Positions 19,737 to 28,814 are shown, numbered from the stretch's first letter. The stretch is 64,000 bases of DNA from an uncultured Planctomycetia bacterium (GCA_964437495.1 CAYTGV010000002.1:87582-151581); one strand, 5' to 3'. The notes: generated by a model not told the origin, from the letters alone. Numbers and translations are program-made.

Positions 19737-19871
19737 ACTCAAATTAGTTTAACTCTTAATCGTGCCCTGAACCATTAATCACTTTGTCCTTACTCACAGT
19801 TGGTCGACGCTCCCGTCTAGCTATCTCGATTGTACCTACCTGCACGGCGAAGCGCTCAACTTGTTTTGAGT
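19737..19871 (-). ncRNA. Candidate structured RNA or leader between tRNA-Val and the Zn-ribbon gene
   Basis: Nested pairings ACTCAAA/TTTGAGT, AGTTGAGC/GTTAAACT, CGTGC/GCACG; more GC-rich than the flanks; preceded by boxA-like GTTCTTTAAAA (19875-19885). Confidence 0.45.
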
Positions 19872-19890
19872 CCATTTTAAAGAACTTTTA

Positions 19891-19967
19891 TGGTGGGCGA
19901 TAGAGGACTCGAACCTCCGACATTTGCGATGTGAACGCAACGCTCTAACCAACTGAGCTAATCGCCC
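19891..19967 (-). tRNA. tRNA-Val(CAC)
   Basis: GGGCGATTAGCTCAGTTGGTTAGAGCG-TTGCG TT CAC AT CGCAA-...GGTTCGAGTCC...CCCACCA; 77 nt. Confidence 0.96.
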
Positions 19968-19989
19968 AAAAAATTAAGTCCTAAATTAT

Positions 19990-20059
19990 CACTCTAACCC
20001 CCCACCATTCTTCATGGTGGGTCCGCCAATCTCTTTGGCGGAAACTGAGCTAATCGCCC
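19990..20059 (-). pseudogene. Duplicated 5' part of tRNA-Val with two hairpins inserted in the D-loop
   Basis: GGGCGATTAGCTCAGTT [TCCGCCAAAGAGATTGGCGGA CCCACCATGAAGAATGGTGGG G] GGTTAGAGTG, then unrelated sequence. Confidence 0.75.
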
Positions 20060-20132
20060 GGGAAAACGAATAATCAATTACACAATTAATATATCCCAAC
20101 TGCTCGATTCCAAATTAAAAAAATAAAACATG

Positions 20133-20217
20133 TCCCTCGACTTTGCTCGGGATCATTCGACTCTTCTCTTGCGCATGGCTTACCATGAGCGAGAAGTACA
20201 AACGACGAATCGAATGG
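20133..20217. repeat. Composite palindromic (REP/MITE-like) element abutting the tRNA-Ile 3' end
   Basis: Minus strand: CCATTCGATTCG...CTCGCTCATGG TAAG CCATGCGC...GAGTCGAATG AT CCCGAGCAAAGTCGAGGGAC. Confidence 0.65.
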
Positions 20218-20291
20218 TGGGCCCACGAGGACTCGAACCTCGGACCAAGAGATTATGAGTCTCCTGCTCTAACCAACTGAGCTATGGGCCC
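20215..20291 (-). tRNA. tRNA with CAT anticodon, most likely tRNA-Ile2 (lysidine)
   Basis: GGGCCCATAGCTCAGTTGGTTAGAGCAGGAGA CT CAT AA TCTCT...GGGCCCACCA. Lacks initiator features, resembles ileX and lies downstream of rpoD as ileX does. Confidence 0.9.
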
Positions 20292-20295
20292 TATA

Positions 20296-20474
20296 CTCGA
20301 ATATTTTACAATACTGTCTACTGCAGACAAAAATCTCATTACATCTGATGCGTTTTACTCTCTAAGAGTCCTCTACGTATCACCGAGGATACGTCTATGG
20401 GCTCTTCAGTCGCAAGCCTTGCATCTGCAATGATCTTCGTGTCTTCGCTACAACACTACACTAAAGTATCCGAG
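20296..20474 (-). ncRNA. 179-nt rod-shaped RNA, 6S RNA candidate
   Basis: End-to-end nested helices: CTCGGATA/TATTCGAG, TGTAGTGTTGT/ACAGTATTGTA, AGACA/TGTCT, TCATTGCA/TGTAATGA, GATGC/GCATC, AAGAG/CTCTT, ACGTATC/GATACGT. Has its own promoter. Confidence 0.6.
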
Positions 20475-20488
20475 AAACAGTGAATTAA

Positions 20489-20517
20489 AATATATCAAAA
20501 TTCGATAGGTAAGTCAA
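20489..20517 (-). promoter_or_regulatory. sigma70-type promoter for the rod RNA/tRNA transcript
   Basis: TTGACT-N17-TATATT with extended TG. Confidence 0.7.
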
Positions 20518-20539
20518 GAAATAGTATAAGGTGAAGATA

Positions 20540-20598
20540 AGCAGGCAAGATTATCCGACAAGCAGGTTAACTCAAACATATCTACTAACCCGCCTGCT
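20540..20598 (-). terminator. Hairpin region after rpoD
   Basis: GCAGGCGGGTTAG pairs with TTAACCTGCTTGT, or alternatively with CTTGCCTGCT; weak U-tract. Confidence 0.35.
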
Positions 20599-20607
20599 GT
20601 ATAGTAT

Positions 20608-22467
20608 TTAGAGAAAATCTCTGTGTTCGCTCATAGTTACTTCAAGAAAATCACGTAGTCTTTTACTTCTAGTCGGATGCCTTAATTTTCTCAAGGCCTT
20701 GGCTTCTATTTGCCGCACCCTCTCTCTTGTAACATTAAATATCTTTCCTACTTCTTCAAGCGTCCGAGGATACCCATCTTTGATACCAAAACGAAAAATA
20801 AGTACCCGTTTCTCTCTATCCGAAAGAGTCTCCATCACATGTTCCATCTGTTCCTTAAGCATGGAATGTGCAGTTGCCGTTGCAGGACTTACCACTCGTT
20901 TATCTTCAATAAAATCGCCAAAATGAGTATCCCCTTCTTCTCCAATAGGAGTTTGCAGGGAAATCGGTTCTTGAGCAATTTTAAGAATTCCTCTTATTTT
21001 ATCAACAGATATCTGCATCATATCACTCAATTCCTCAGGGGTAGGCTCACGCCCATGCTCCTGAACCAGAAAACGAGACGCGCGAATAAGCTTGTTTATC
21101 GTTTCAGTCATATGTACAGGTATCCTTATAGTCCTTGATTGATCGGCTATTGAACGCGTAATCGCCTGACGAATCCACCAAGTCGCATAAGTGCTGAACT
21201 TATATCCGCGCTTATACTCAAATTTATCTACAGCCTTCATAAGCCCGATATTGCCTTCCTGTATAAGATCAAGAAAAGACAGGCCTCTATTAGTGTACTT
21301 TTTTGCTATACTGACCACTAACCGCAGATTGGCTTCCACAAGCGAGGTTTTTGAAAAAGTAAATTCATTTTCTCGACGCCTTATAATCCTTAGCATCCCT
21401 CTTATTCCCTCAACAGAAGCGCCGAATTCTTTAAGAATTTTTCCTTTTTTAAACTGCAGCTTCTGTATATGACCGCGAATTTTTTTCTGTCTTTGACGTA
21501 ATATTTCTCTGCCCAGCACTGAAATCTTTTCAGCACTATCTCTGATTGTCGCTGCAATCGATTCAATAATTGAAGTAGTAAAATTAAACTCAAGCAAGGT
21601 ATTTAATGTACTTTCCGGCCTGCGTACTGTTCTCAACCGGCCGGTTAATTTAGCAATTCGCTTCATAAGTTTGCTATGCTTAAGCCTGAATTCATCTCGA
21701 ATAATATCCTCAGGATTAACCTCTTTATCTAATATTTGGTTAGCTATTCGCAAGACAGTATAGCGAGAAACCGGACAACTTAAAACCGCTTTACGAAGCT
21801 CAAGTTCCGCACCTTCGATCTCTTTGGCCAGAGTAAGCTCTTCTTCACGGGAAAGCAGCGAGATCTTGCCCATTTGCCGCAAATACATACGCACAGGGTC
21901 TTCAACATAAGCAGGCGTCGTATTGCCAACAGGAACAGCAACTTTTTCCTTGGGCTCAATATCTGCACCTTTTGCCTTTACAACTTCCTCTTCAGAATCA
22001 ACAACATCAATATTTTCTCCATCAAGAACAGTAAGAATGTCATCAATTTCTTCCGAACTAACAACATCCTGCGGCAGAGCATTATTTAATTCTTCGAATG
22101 TCAAATAGCCCTTTTTCTTGCCTTTAGCAATTAACCTGCCCAGATTTTTAATCTTCTTTTTCAATGTTTCCGTAGTTATCGCTTGGGTATTTTTTACCTT
22201 AGGACGATTTTTCACACCAATTAATTTTTTCTTTGCAGCATTAGTTTTACTTTTTTCTGCAGCTTTCTTTTTAATCAGTTCTTTTACTGCTTTTTGCGAC
22301 ATGCTCTTTTGTTTTTTTCCCTTGAGCGCAACCTTCTTTTTGACAACTTTTTTTGCCGGTTTTACCGCTCTGCTCTTTAAAATCTTTTTCTTGGGTGTAG
22401 TTTTTTTCTTGAGCGCAGTTTTCTTTTTAACAACTTTTTTGTTCTGCTTTTTCTTTTCCTTTTTCAT
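20608..22467 (-). CDS. rpoD: Primary sigma factor RpoD with Lys-rich N-terminal extension
   Basis: [71 protein letters not shown]. Confidence 0.97.
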   Translation of the reverse strand: MKKEKKKQNKKVVKKKTALKKKTTPKKKILKSRAVKPAKKVVKKKVALKGKKQKSMSQKAVKELIKKKAAEKSKTNAAKKKLIGVKNRPKVKNTQAITTETLKKKIKNLGRLIAKGKKKGYLTFEELNNALPQDVVSSEEIDDILTVLDGENIDVVDSEEEVVKAKGADIEPKEKVAVPVGNTTPAYVEDPVRMYLRQMGKISLLSREEELTLAKEIEGAELELRKAVLSCPVSRYTVLRIANQILDKEVNPEDIIRDEFRLKHSKLMKRIAKLTGRLRTVRRPESTLNTLLEFNFTTSIIESIAATIRDSAEKISVLGREILRQRQKKIRGHIQKLQFKKGKILKEFGASVEGIRGMLRIIRRRENEFTFSKTSLVEANLRLVVSIAKKYTNRGLSFLDLIQEGNIGLMKAVDKFEYKRGYKFSTYATWWIRQAITRSIADQSRTIRIPVHMTETINKLIRASRFLVQEHGREPTPEELSDMMQISVDKIRGILKIAQEPISLQTPIGEEGDTHFGDFIEDKRVVSPATATAHSMLKEQMEHVMETLSDREKRVLIFRFGIKDGYPRTLEEVGKIFNVTRERVRQIEAKALRKLRHPTRSKRLRDFLEVTMSEHRDFL

Positions 22468-24250
22468 AAAATCTTTGCTCCTTTTTTAAACTATGGTAAT
22501 TTTCCAGTAACTCTTGAAATTCATATCCGGTTTGCTTGGAATCCTTGATTTGTTTCTGTAATTCATTTAACTTTAATTGCATGCTGTCAATTTTTATTTT
22601 TCTGATACAGTCCTCAAAACTCTTCTTGCTATCCTTAACACCGGTTTCTCCCACAAGAAGATTGCAGATAAAAGAACTTGCCTCCTCATCATTTAGGTTT
22701 TTTAATATCGCCGCAGGCTGTGTATCCTCTTTGTTCTGGTATAAATACATTACAACTTTTCTGGCAACAGGATCAGTAAACTCGCTGTAATGCATTTTAT
22801 TCTTTAATTGCTCAATAAATTCTTTATTCTCAAGCATCAATGAAACAAGCATTTTCTCTGCAGCTTTAGTCTTTTTGCCAGCTTTTCGCAAGTTTTCAAT
22901 CTTGCCGGGATTCCCAAAGGGGTGCACCTGGGGATTCATTTTCTTTAGCTCTAAAATTACAGTTTCCTCTGCCAGAGATAATGCTTCCGCTAAGTTTTTA
23001 ATTAAACTAGAGCGTAAAATTGCATTTTTGAAACGTCCTATTGTTTCAAGCATTATACCGGCTATCTGTGCCTTGCCCTCAGGACTTTCCTTGTCAAATT
23101 TTAACAGCAGTAAATCCAATTTATAATCAAATAAAGTCTTTGCTACATTAACTCTGTTTCTAAATTGATCCGCTCCAAACCTTCTCACATATAAATCCGG
23201 ATCAAAACCTTCACTGAGATCAGCGATCTTAACATTCATGCCCTCTTCAATTAACAGATCAAGACTACGCAGTGCAGCTCCCTGTCCAGCAGCATCAGAA
23301 TCAAAAACAATAACAATATTATTGGTATAACGTTTTAACAATCTTATATGATCATGAGTAAAAGCTGTCCCCAACGAGGCCACAAGATTTTTCACCTTAG
23401 ATTGAAAAGGAACGATAAAATCCAAATAGCCTTCTACAACTATGCAATATTCCTCCTGCTGAATAAATTTTTTACTTAAATTAAAACCATAAAGGTTTTT
23501 ACTTTTTATATATATATCCGTTTCCGGAGAATTTATATATTTAGGTCCTTTATCCTGGCTTTGATCAGACTTACCCTGAGCCTCAATAGTCCTGCCGCCA
23601 AATCCTACAATCTTACCGTTAGCATTAAAAATAGGGAAAATTAGCCTATTCCTAAATCGATCGTAAATCCTGCCTTGCGCATTTTTAATAAGCAGTCCGG
23701 AATTAAGAAGTAAATCATCTTTGATCTTTTTAGATCTTAAGAACTTCAATAAGCCATCCCATAAATCAGGAGCAAATCCAAGACGAAAATCAACTATACT
23801 TTCTTTTGATATTTCTCTTTTAACCAGATAATCTCTTGCCTTTTGAGCCTCGGTTTCTTTTATTAAATTCTGATGAAAATACCATGCAGCTAATTCATTT
23901 AATTTATACAATACCGTTGCCGCAGACTGTCTGTCTCCAGAAGCTTTATCATCCTCTGTTTCAATGCGCACACCTACTTTTTCTGCTAATAATTTTACTG
24001 CCTCAGGAAATTCCATATGCTCGCTTTTCATAATAAAGCTAAAGGCATCTCCACCCGCTCCGCATCCAAAACAATGAAAAATCTGCTTATCAGGGCTCAC
24101 TACAAAAGAAGGACTTTTCTCATGGTGAAACGGGCATAGTGCCTTAAAATTCCTACCGGCTTTTTTCAGAGGAATATAACCTGCAATTATCTCTGTTATA
24201 TCACATCGCTGCAGGATATCATCTAATTGTCTATCGGAAATTTTGCTCAT
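22427..24250 (-). CDS. dnaG: DNA primase
   Basis: [11 protein letters not shown]...[39 protein letters not shown]. Confidence 0.97.
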   Translation of the reverse strand: MSKISDRQLDDILQRCDITEIIAGYIPLKKAGRNFKALCPFHHEKSPSFVVSPDKQIFHCFGCGAGGDAFSFIMKSEHMEFPEAVKLLAEKVGVRIETEDDKASGDRQSAATVLYKLNELAAWYFHQNLIKETEAQKARDYLVKREISKESIVDFRLGFAPDLWDGLLKFLRSKKIKDDLLLNSGLLIKNAQGRIYDRFRNRLIFPIFNANGKIVGFGGRTIEAQGKSDQSQDKGPKYINSPETDIYIKSKNLYGFNLSKKFIQQEEYCIVVEGYLDFIVPFQSKVKNLVASLGTAFTHDHIRLLKRYTNNIVIVFDSDAAGQGAALRSLDLLIEEGMNVKIADLSEGFDPDLYVRRFGADQFRNRVNVAKTLFDYKLDLLLLKFDKESPEGKAQIAGIMLETIGRFKNAILRSSLIKNLAEALSLAEETVILELKKMNPQVHPFGNPGKIENLRKAGKKTKAAEKMLVSLMLENKEFIEQLKNKMHYSEFTDPVARKVVMYLYQNKEDTQPAAILKNLNDEEASSFICNLLVGETGVKDSKKSFEDCIRKIKIDSMQLKLNELQKQIKDSKQTGYEFQELLENYHSLKKEQRFYEKGKEKAEQKSC

Positions 24251-25202
24251 TTTCTTTTAATACGTGTAAACCCTGAACATTCTACAACATTGAGTTTTTG
24301 TTTTTGTTCAATTGAATCCAACAATAAATTCAGTCCTATAGTATCAGAAGATATATGTCCGAATATAACCGCATTTATATTTTCCTCTTTTGCCTTTTTA
24401 AGATGCTCTTCGCTTAAATGCATACATACAATCGTTCCAACCCCTGCTTGAGCCAAATTCTTGAAAATATCCTGCGAACCCTCAGTCCCGCCGGTCATAT
24501 CAACAAACACTTTTCCGCAGCGGAAACTGTTGCTGCCATTTATAATTTTAGGTCCTGCATTATTTTTTATGGCAATTTTATACTCAGGAATATCCTTTAA
24601 AATCTCAAGCAACTCACCCAGAGTATCCAGTTTTTTTTATCTATAAGCTTTTGCAGATAAGTTACCACATGGTTATCTGCTAGCGTATGTATACACATAA
24701 GCGAAATATCTAATAGCTTTGCTGCATCAATTGTTTTAGTATGATTTGCCGGCAGTAGCCTGCGTTCAATTTCAGTAATACGTTTATTCATAAGGTTATC
24801 TGCTATATTAATCGGTACTCCATGCAGATGAGCAATATCTGCCTGCATATACATAACCTGATGCAGGGCAGCAAGCGCCATCCCCTCAGGATGATGCGCG
24901 ATTATCAGATCAATTTTCTTTCCTTTTTGATTAAGTCTGTCCGCCAAAAGAACCTCGGCAACATCTATATCAATTCCCAAAAGAACCTTTTTGATCTCTT
25001 CATTTCCAGTACCGTATAAAATTCTTGTATCGCTGTAAAGATTTGTCATTCGGTCAATATCAAACTCAGCTTTTCCCGCATTTTTCAATTCATCGTATTG
25101 CTTTTTTATTTTTTGCATTTCTTTTTTAACACAAGCCTTACCGCGAGGATCCTGTTCAATTTCCTTTTCAATTGCAAATTCATAAAGTTTTTTTAATTTC
25201 AC
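24247..25202 (-). pseudogene. Nif3/YbgI-like (NGG1p-interacting factor) gene split by a -1 frameshift
   Basis: ORF 24597..25202 (DPRG, HHPEG, HTLADN) and ORF 24247..24612 (DMTGGTEGS, MHLSEEH, GHISSD) join across an A8 run at 24631-24638. Confidence 0.75.
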
Positions 25203-25500
25203 TTTTTCTCCTAATAATTAAAATCAGTCGAAATCATCTTAAATTAACACCATCATTTACCAAGCAGGCAAAATAAACTTTGATTTATCGCAACACCGAC
25301 ACGGTAAAATAAAAAAAAGACAGGCTCAATCGAAAATGTAAACCTGCTAAAAGTCTACAAAAGTATCTCAAATATATACCTTTGGTCAAATTATATTTAT
25401 ATTTACAAATCAAAAGAATAAGATAACATCATGAAAATAAAAGAGTTAAATAAAAAAGGTCTGATTCTCTAAGAATCCAACCTCTTTTCAGTTTAATGTA

Positions 25501-25529
25501 AGTATATCATAAGAAGGGTCATCTGTCAA
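25501..25529 (-). promoter_or_regulatory. Strong sigma70-type promoter upstream of nif3-dnaG-rpoD
   Basis: TTGACA-N17-TATACT with extended TG. Confidence 0.7.
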
Positions 25530-25687
25530 GGCAGGTTAAAAACAAAAAAAGTCATATAACACGTTTAATGACAATGCGTTACAATATTGACCTTAAGTAA
25601 TATTTCACCTGGTAAATACATGCAAACCAGGATTTCTTTTAAAAAGTATTTTTCTCTAACTATTCTGAGAAACAAAGCCAAGGAATA

Positions 25688-26188
25688 CTATTTTCCAGTT
25701 ATATAATAACTTATACGCATAAATTTAGTAAAATTACGAATCGCCTCTGTTCTGGCCTTTTCTTTTTCCAAATCATCCTGCGCGCTTTTAAATTCCCCCG
25801 AACTATTCAGGAGTTTTTGCATATACTGGTCTCTCTCTTCTTCACTCATTAAATTCTCCTTTATTGCCTTAAGCTCTCCTGAGTCAAGAAAAAAACCTCC
25901 GCATTGATAGCATTCATCAATATTTACTTCCTTAGCAGATGCATATTCATGAATATGCATGGGCAGACTGCATTTCGGGCATTTAATTTGTCCTCTGTTA
26001 TCGTCATTATTTCGATCATAGCTCAAGGCATCTTGAAGCGCAGAACCCAGGCCTTCATTCTGTTCATCAAGCTTAGCTAATTCCATCCAGTCAAACCAAA
26101 GCCCCTTACATCCGTTTTTGCAAACATCTATGCACACACCACCAAAATCCTCTACAATCATCTCCTTATGACAAACCGGGCAATTCAT
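25688..26188 (-). CDS. Double zf-TFIIB-type zinc-ribbon protein
   Basis: CPVC...DVCKNGCKGLWFDWMEL and CPKC...DECYQCGGFFLDSGEL; GGAG RBS. Confidence 0.8.
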   Translation of the reverse strand: MNCPVCHKEMIVEDFGGVCIDVCKNGCKGLWFDWMELAKLDEQNEGLGSALQDALSYDRNNDDNRGQIKCPKCSLPMHIHEYASAKEVNIDECYQCGGFFLDSGELKAIKENLMSEEERDQYMQKLLNSSGEFKSAQDDLEKEKARTEAIRNFTKFMRISYYITGK

Positions 26189-26476
26189 AATAATTACTCC
26201 TTTCTAAACTATTTATATACAGTTACTAAACATTAGAAAAATTACAATTGGTTACAAATAGTTACTACTAGTTCCCTGATAAAACCTAAATAAAAATTCT
26301 AATCATTACAACTATTCTTAAGCTCTAGTAACTTTTTTAGTAACCTTTAGTAACTTTCTTCTAATAAAATACCCTTTTACAGACTTTAAATAATAAAATT
26401 TAATATTTATAAAAATGTTACCATTAATCGATATTTTTTTCAATCAAAGTTTCGACGCTAGCAGATTTAACCTACT

Positions 26477-27061
26477 CTACCTTCGCCACTGCTGCCACAA
26501 TTTAGATGTTTGGGACTTTTTTGCCTCTGCGTGTAATTTTTTAAATAACTCCATATACCATCGATTAGGAGTGGTATCAATTTCATAGGTATATCCTTTT
26601 TTTATAATTTCGGCATTAAGAAACACTTCTCTTTCACTCTTTTTTTCCGGAATAACAAAAGCATACCCCAATAAATCGCCATAATTATTTTCCTTTTTTT
26701 TATCAAACTCGATCCTAATCCTTTTACCGCCTATGAGATCCTCTAGCAAACATTTCGCTTCATTTCCCATCACTCTAAGAACCTCCTCAGGAACATTGGA
26801 TATCTTAGAATCAAATTGCAATTTATTTCCTTCAATAACTTCAGGTGTATCTATCCCGATAAGACACAGGTGCCGATCATTATCCAGAATAATCAAATCT
26901 CCTGATAGGACTTCCTTCATACCTATATCAAAATAATTTGATTCACTGTCATAAGAGTTTTTGTCGTTTTTAATTGCCGCAAATGAGCAATTGACAAAAC
27001 CTAAATATATAAGCAATAAGAACCCACTTATTAAAAATCTAAATATATGAAATATTTTCAT
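26477..27061 (-). CDS. Exported thermonuclease (SNase)-fold protein, probably catalytically degenerate
   Basis: Signal peptide; SGD, LIGIDTPE, YGDLLGY, LNAEIIKKGY, KLW. Confidence 0.75.
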   Translation of the reverse strand: MKIFHIFRFLISGFLLLIYLGFVNCSFAAIKNDKNSYDSESNYFDIGMKEVLSGDLIILDNDRHLCLIGIDTPEVIEGNKLQFDSKISNVPEEVLRVMGNEAKCLLEDLIGGKRIRIEFDKKKENNYGDLLGYAFVIPEKKSEREVFLNAEIIKKGYTYEIDTTPNRWYMELFKKLHAEAKKSQTSKLWQQWRR

Positions 27062-27180
27062 GCAACCTCTTATCTTTAATAAACTGATTATAACCTCAGC
27101 TTAACATAAATAAAAACGATTTTCCAAGTAAATTTTAGGTTCTTTTTTTATTGAAATTAAATAAAAGAACCTAACCACCT

Positions 27181-27214
27181 AAAAAAAAAGCAACTTATAT
27201 AAAGTTGCTTTTTT
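27181..27214. terminator. Bidirectional intrinsic terminator
   Basis: A9-GCAACTT-ATATA-AAGTTGC-T6. Confidence 0.7.
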
Positions 27215-27242
27215 AGGCATATTTAATATTTTCTTTCCGCTT

Positions 27243-27647
27243 TTACTTTACCAGCCACGGGAGCCCGACAGATGAAATAGTTACGATTCCTTCTTCGTCC
27301 ATAGAAATAAATTCATTTGCATATGGTCCATCCTGGCGAGTAGCCCTAATCTCAATAACAATTGCTCCGGCATTTTCTATAGTATACGCCCCTCAGTGTC
27401 ACCCTGAATAGCAGGCAAGGGTAGCCCCCAATCCTCTAAGAGAGTAATATCATTAGTGTATGAGTCCATATGCGCCCTGTACCATGACTCTGTGGATCGA
27501 ATTGCCTGCATACTTTGTTTAGCTTTACCAGCTTTTGTTTTTTTTAAGAGTTGCCATATAATTAGGCACAGCCAAACTTATAAGAATACCCACAACAATG
27601 ACTACCATAAGTAACTCAATAAGTGTAAATCCTTTTTTTCTAGACAT
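27243..27647 (-). pseudogene. Type IV pilin pseudogene (three frameshifts)
   Basis: AGGAG RBS; MSRKKG/FTLIELLMVVIVVGILISLAVPNY; frameshift at A8 (27538-27545) and two more at G4 runs; continues KAKQSMQAIRSTESWY...IRATRQDGPY...PWLVK*. Confidence 0.85.
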
Positions 27648-27763
27648 TAACTTCTCCTATAAATCAGTTTAGCCTTTTAAAAAATAAACTATTTTATAAA
27701 GCATGTTATATATACCATTTTTTAATATAAAATCAAAAAACCTAAGAAAATAAATGCATGCTT

Positions 27764-27925
27764 TTAAATTAAATATTCCGTCATATATTCCAGATCGATC
27801 AATACCTTATCATACAATTCCCTTAATGAGCTTTGCATAGTTTGCATGCCAACATTCTTGCCGACCTGAATAAGTGAGGGGATTTGCTTCCAATCAGCCT
27901 CTATTGTAAAATTTACCGACTGAAT
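27764..27925 (-). pseudogene. C-terminal remnant of a PilT/PilU retraction ATPase
   Basis: WKQIPSLIQVGKNVGMQTMQSSLRELYDK matches the PilT C-terminal GMQT motif; the N-terminal part is absent. Confidence 0.75.
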
Positions 27926-27953
27926 AATAGTTATACTTAGCTTACTCAGATAT

Positions 27954-28814
27954 TTAGCTGATAGCTTCTAGAATTCTGGTAATAACTTGCGGCTTATTTA
28001 AAGTAAAAAAATGCAATTTTTTAACCCCGTTACTTATAAGATCCCGGCATTGTTCTATCGTAAAATCTATCCCAATCTTTTCCATCTCTTCAGGCTGTGC
28101 CTTTACGCGCTGCATCTTTTCTTCAATATGTCCAGGGATTGTCGCCCGACAAATTGAAGCGAACTTTTTCACCTTCTCTACGTCAGTAAGAGGTAAAATA
28201 CCCGGTAAAACCGGAATAGAAATCCCCCGCTTATGCATACGGTCCAAAAAAGAGTAATAATACTTATTATCAAAAAACATTTGGGTAACAGCAAAATCAG
28301 CCCCAGCATCAATTTTCTGTTTTGTGAATTCCAAATCGGTTTGCATTGATGCGGATTGTATATGTCCTTCCGGATATACGGCAACCCCAATACAAAACTG
28401 GCCATAGTTTTTTAAGGTCTTCACAAGATCAATCGCATAGGAAAAATCATTCTTAGTAAAATCAAAGCCATCAATCCCTTGAGGAGGATCCCCCCTTAAT
28501 GCCATAATATTTTCAATACCTTTAGCCTTATATTCATCAAGCAGCTCTTTTATCTGGTTAAGCTTGGCGCCCAAACAAGTTAAATGCGGCATCACCTCAA
28601 GATCCCTATTTTTTAAAAGCATTGCCACCGCATCTTTAGTACGTTCCTGCTCAGCGCCTGCGGCTCCATATGTCATGGATACATATAGAGGATTATATTT
28701 CTTTAAAATTCCGACAGTATTCGCTAAGGATTGCCTGCCCTTTTCAGTGCGAGCTGGGAAGAATTCGAATGATACACCTTTATCTTTATTTTTAATGATC
28801 TGTTCTATTTTCAT
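27954..28814 (-). CDS. metF: 5,10-methylenetetrahydrofolate reductase
   Basis: SFEFFP, SMTYGA, PHLTC, ALRGDPP, YPEGH, TQMFFD, HFFTLN. Confidence 0.95.
   Translation of the reverse strand: MKIEQIIKNKDKGVSFEFFPARTEKGRQSLANTVGILKKYNPLYVSMTYGAAGAEQERTKDAVAMLLKNRDLEVMPHLTCLGAKLNQIKELLDEYKAKGIENIMALRGDPPQGIDGFDFTKNDFSYAIDLVKTLKNYGQFCIGVAVYPEGHIQSASMQTDLEFTKQKIDAGADFAVTQMFFDNKYYYSFLDRMHKRGISIPVLPGILPLTDVEKVKKFASICRATIPGHIEEKMQRVKAQPEEMEKIGIDFTIEQCRDLISNGVKKLHFFTLNKPQVITRILEAIS

Noticed and set aside
20043-20059. tRNA-Val duplication as a prophage or island att site
   Set aside because: It copies the 5' end, lies under 100 bp from the gene, and there is no integrase or cargo.
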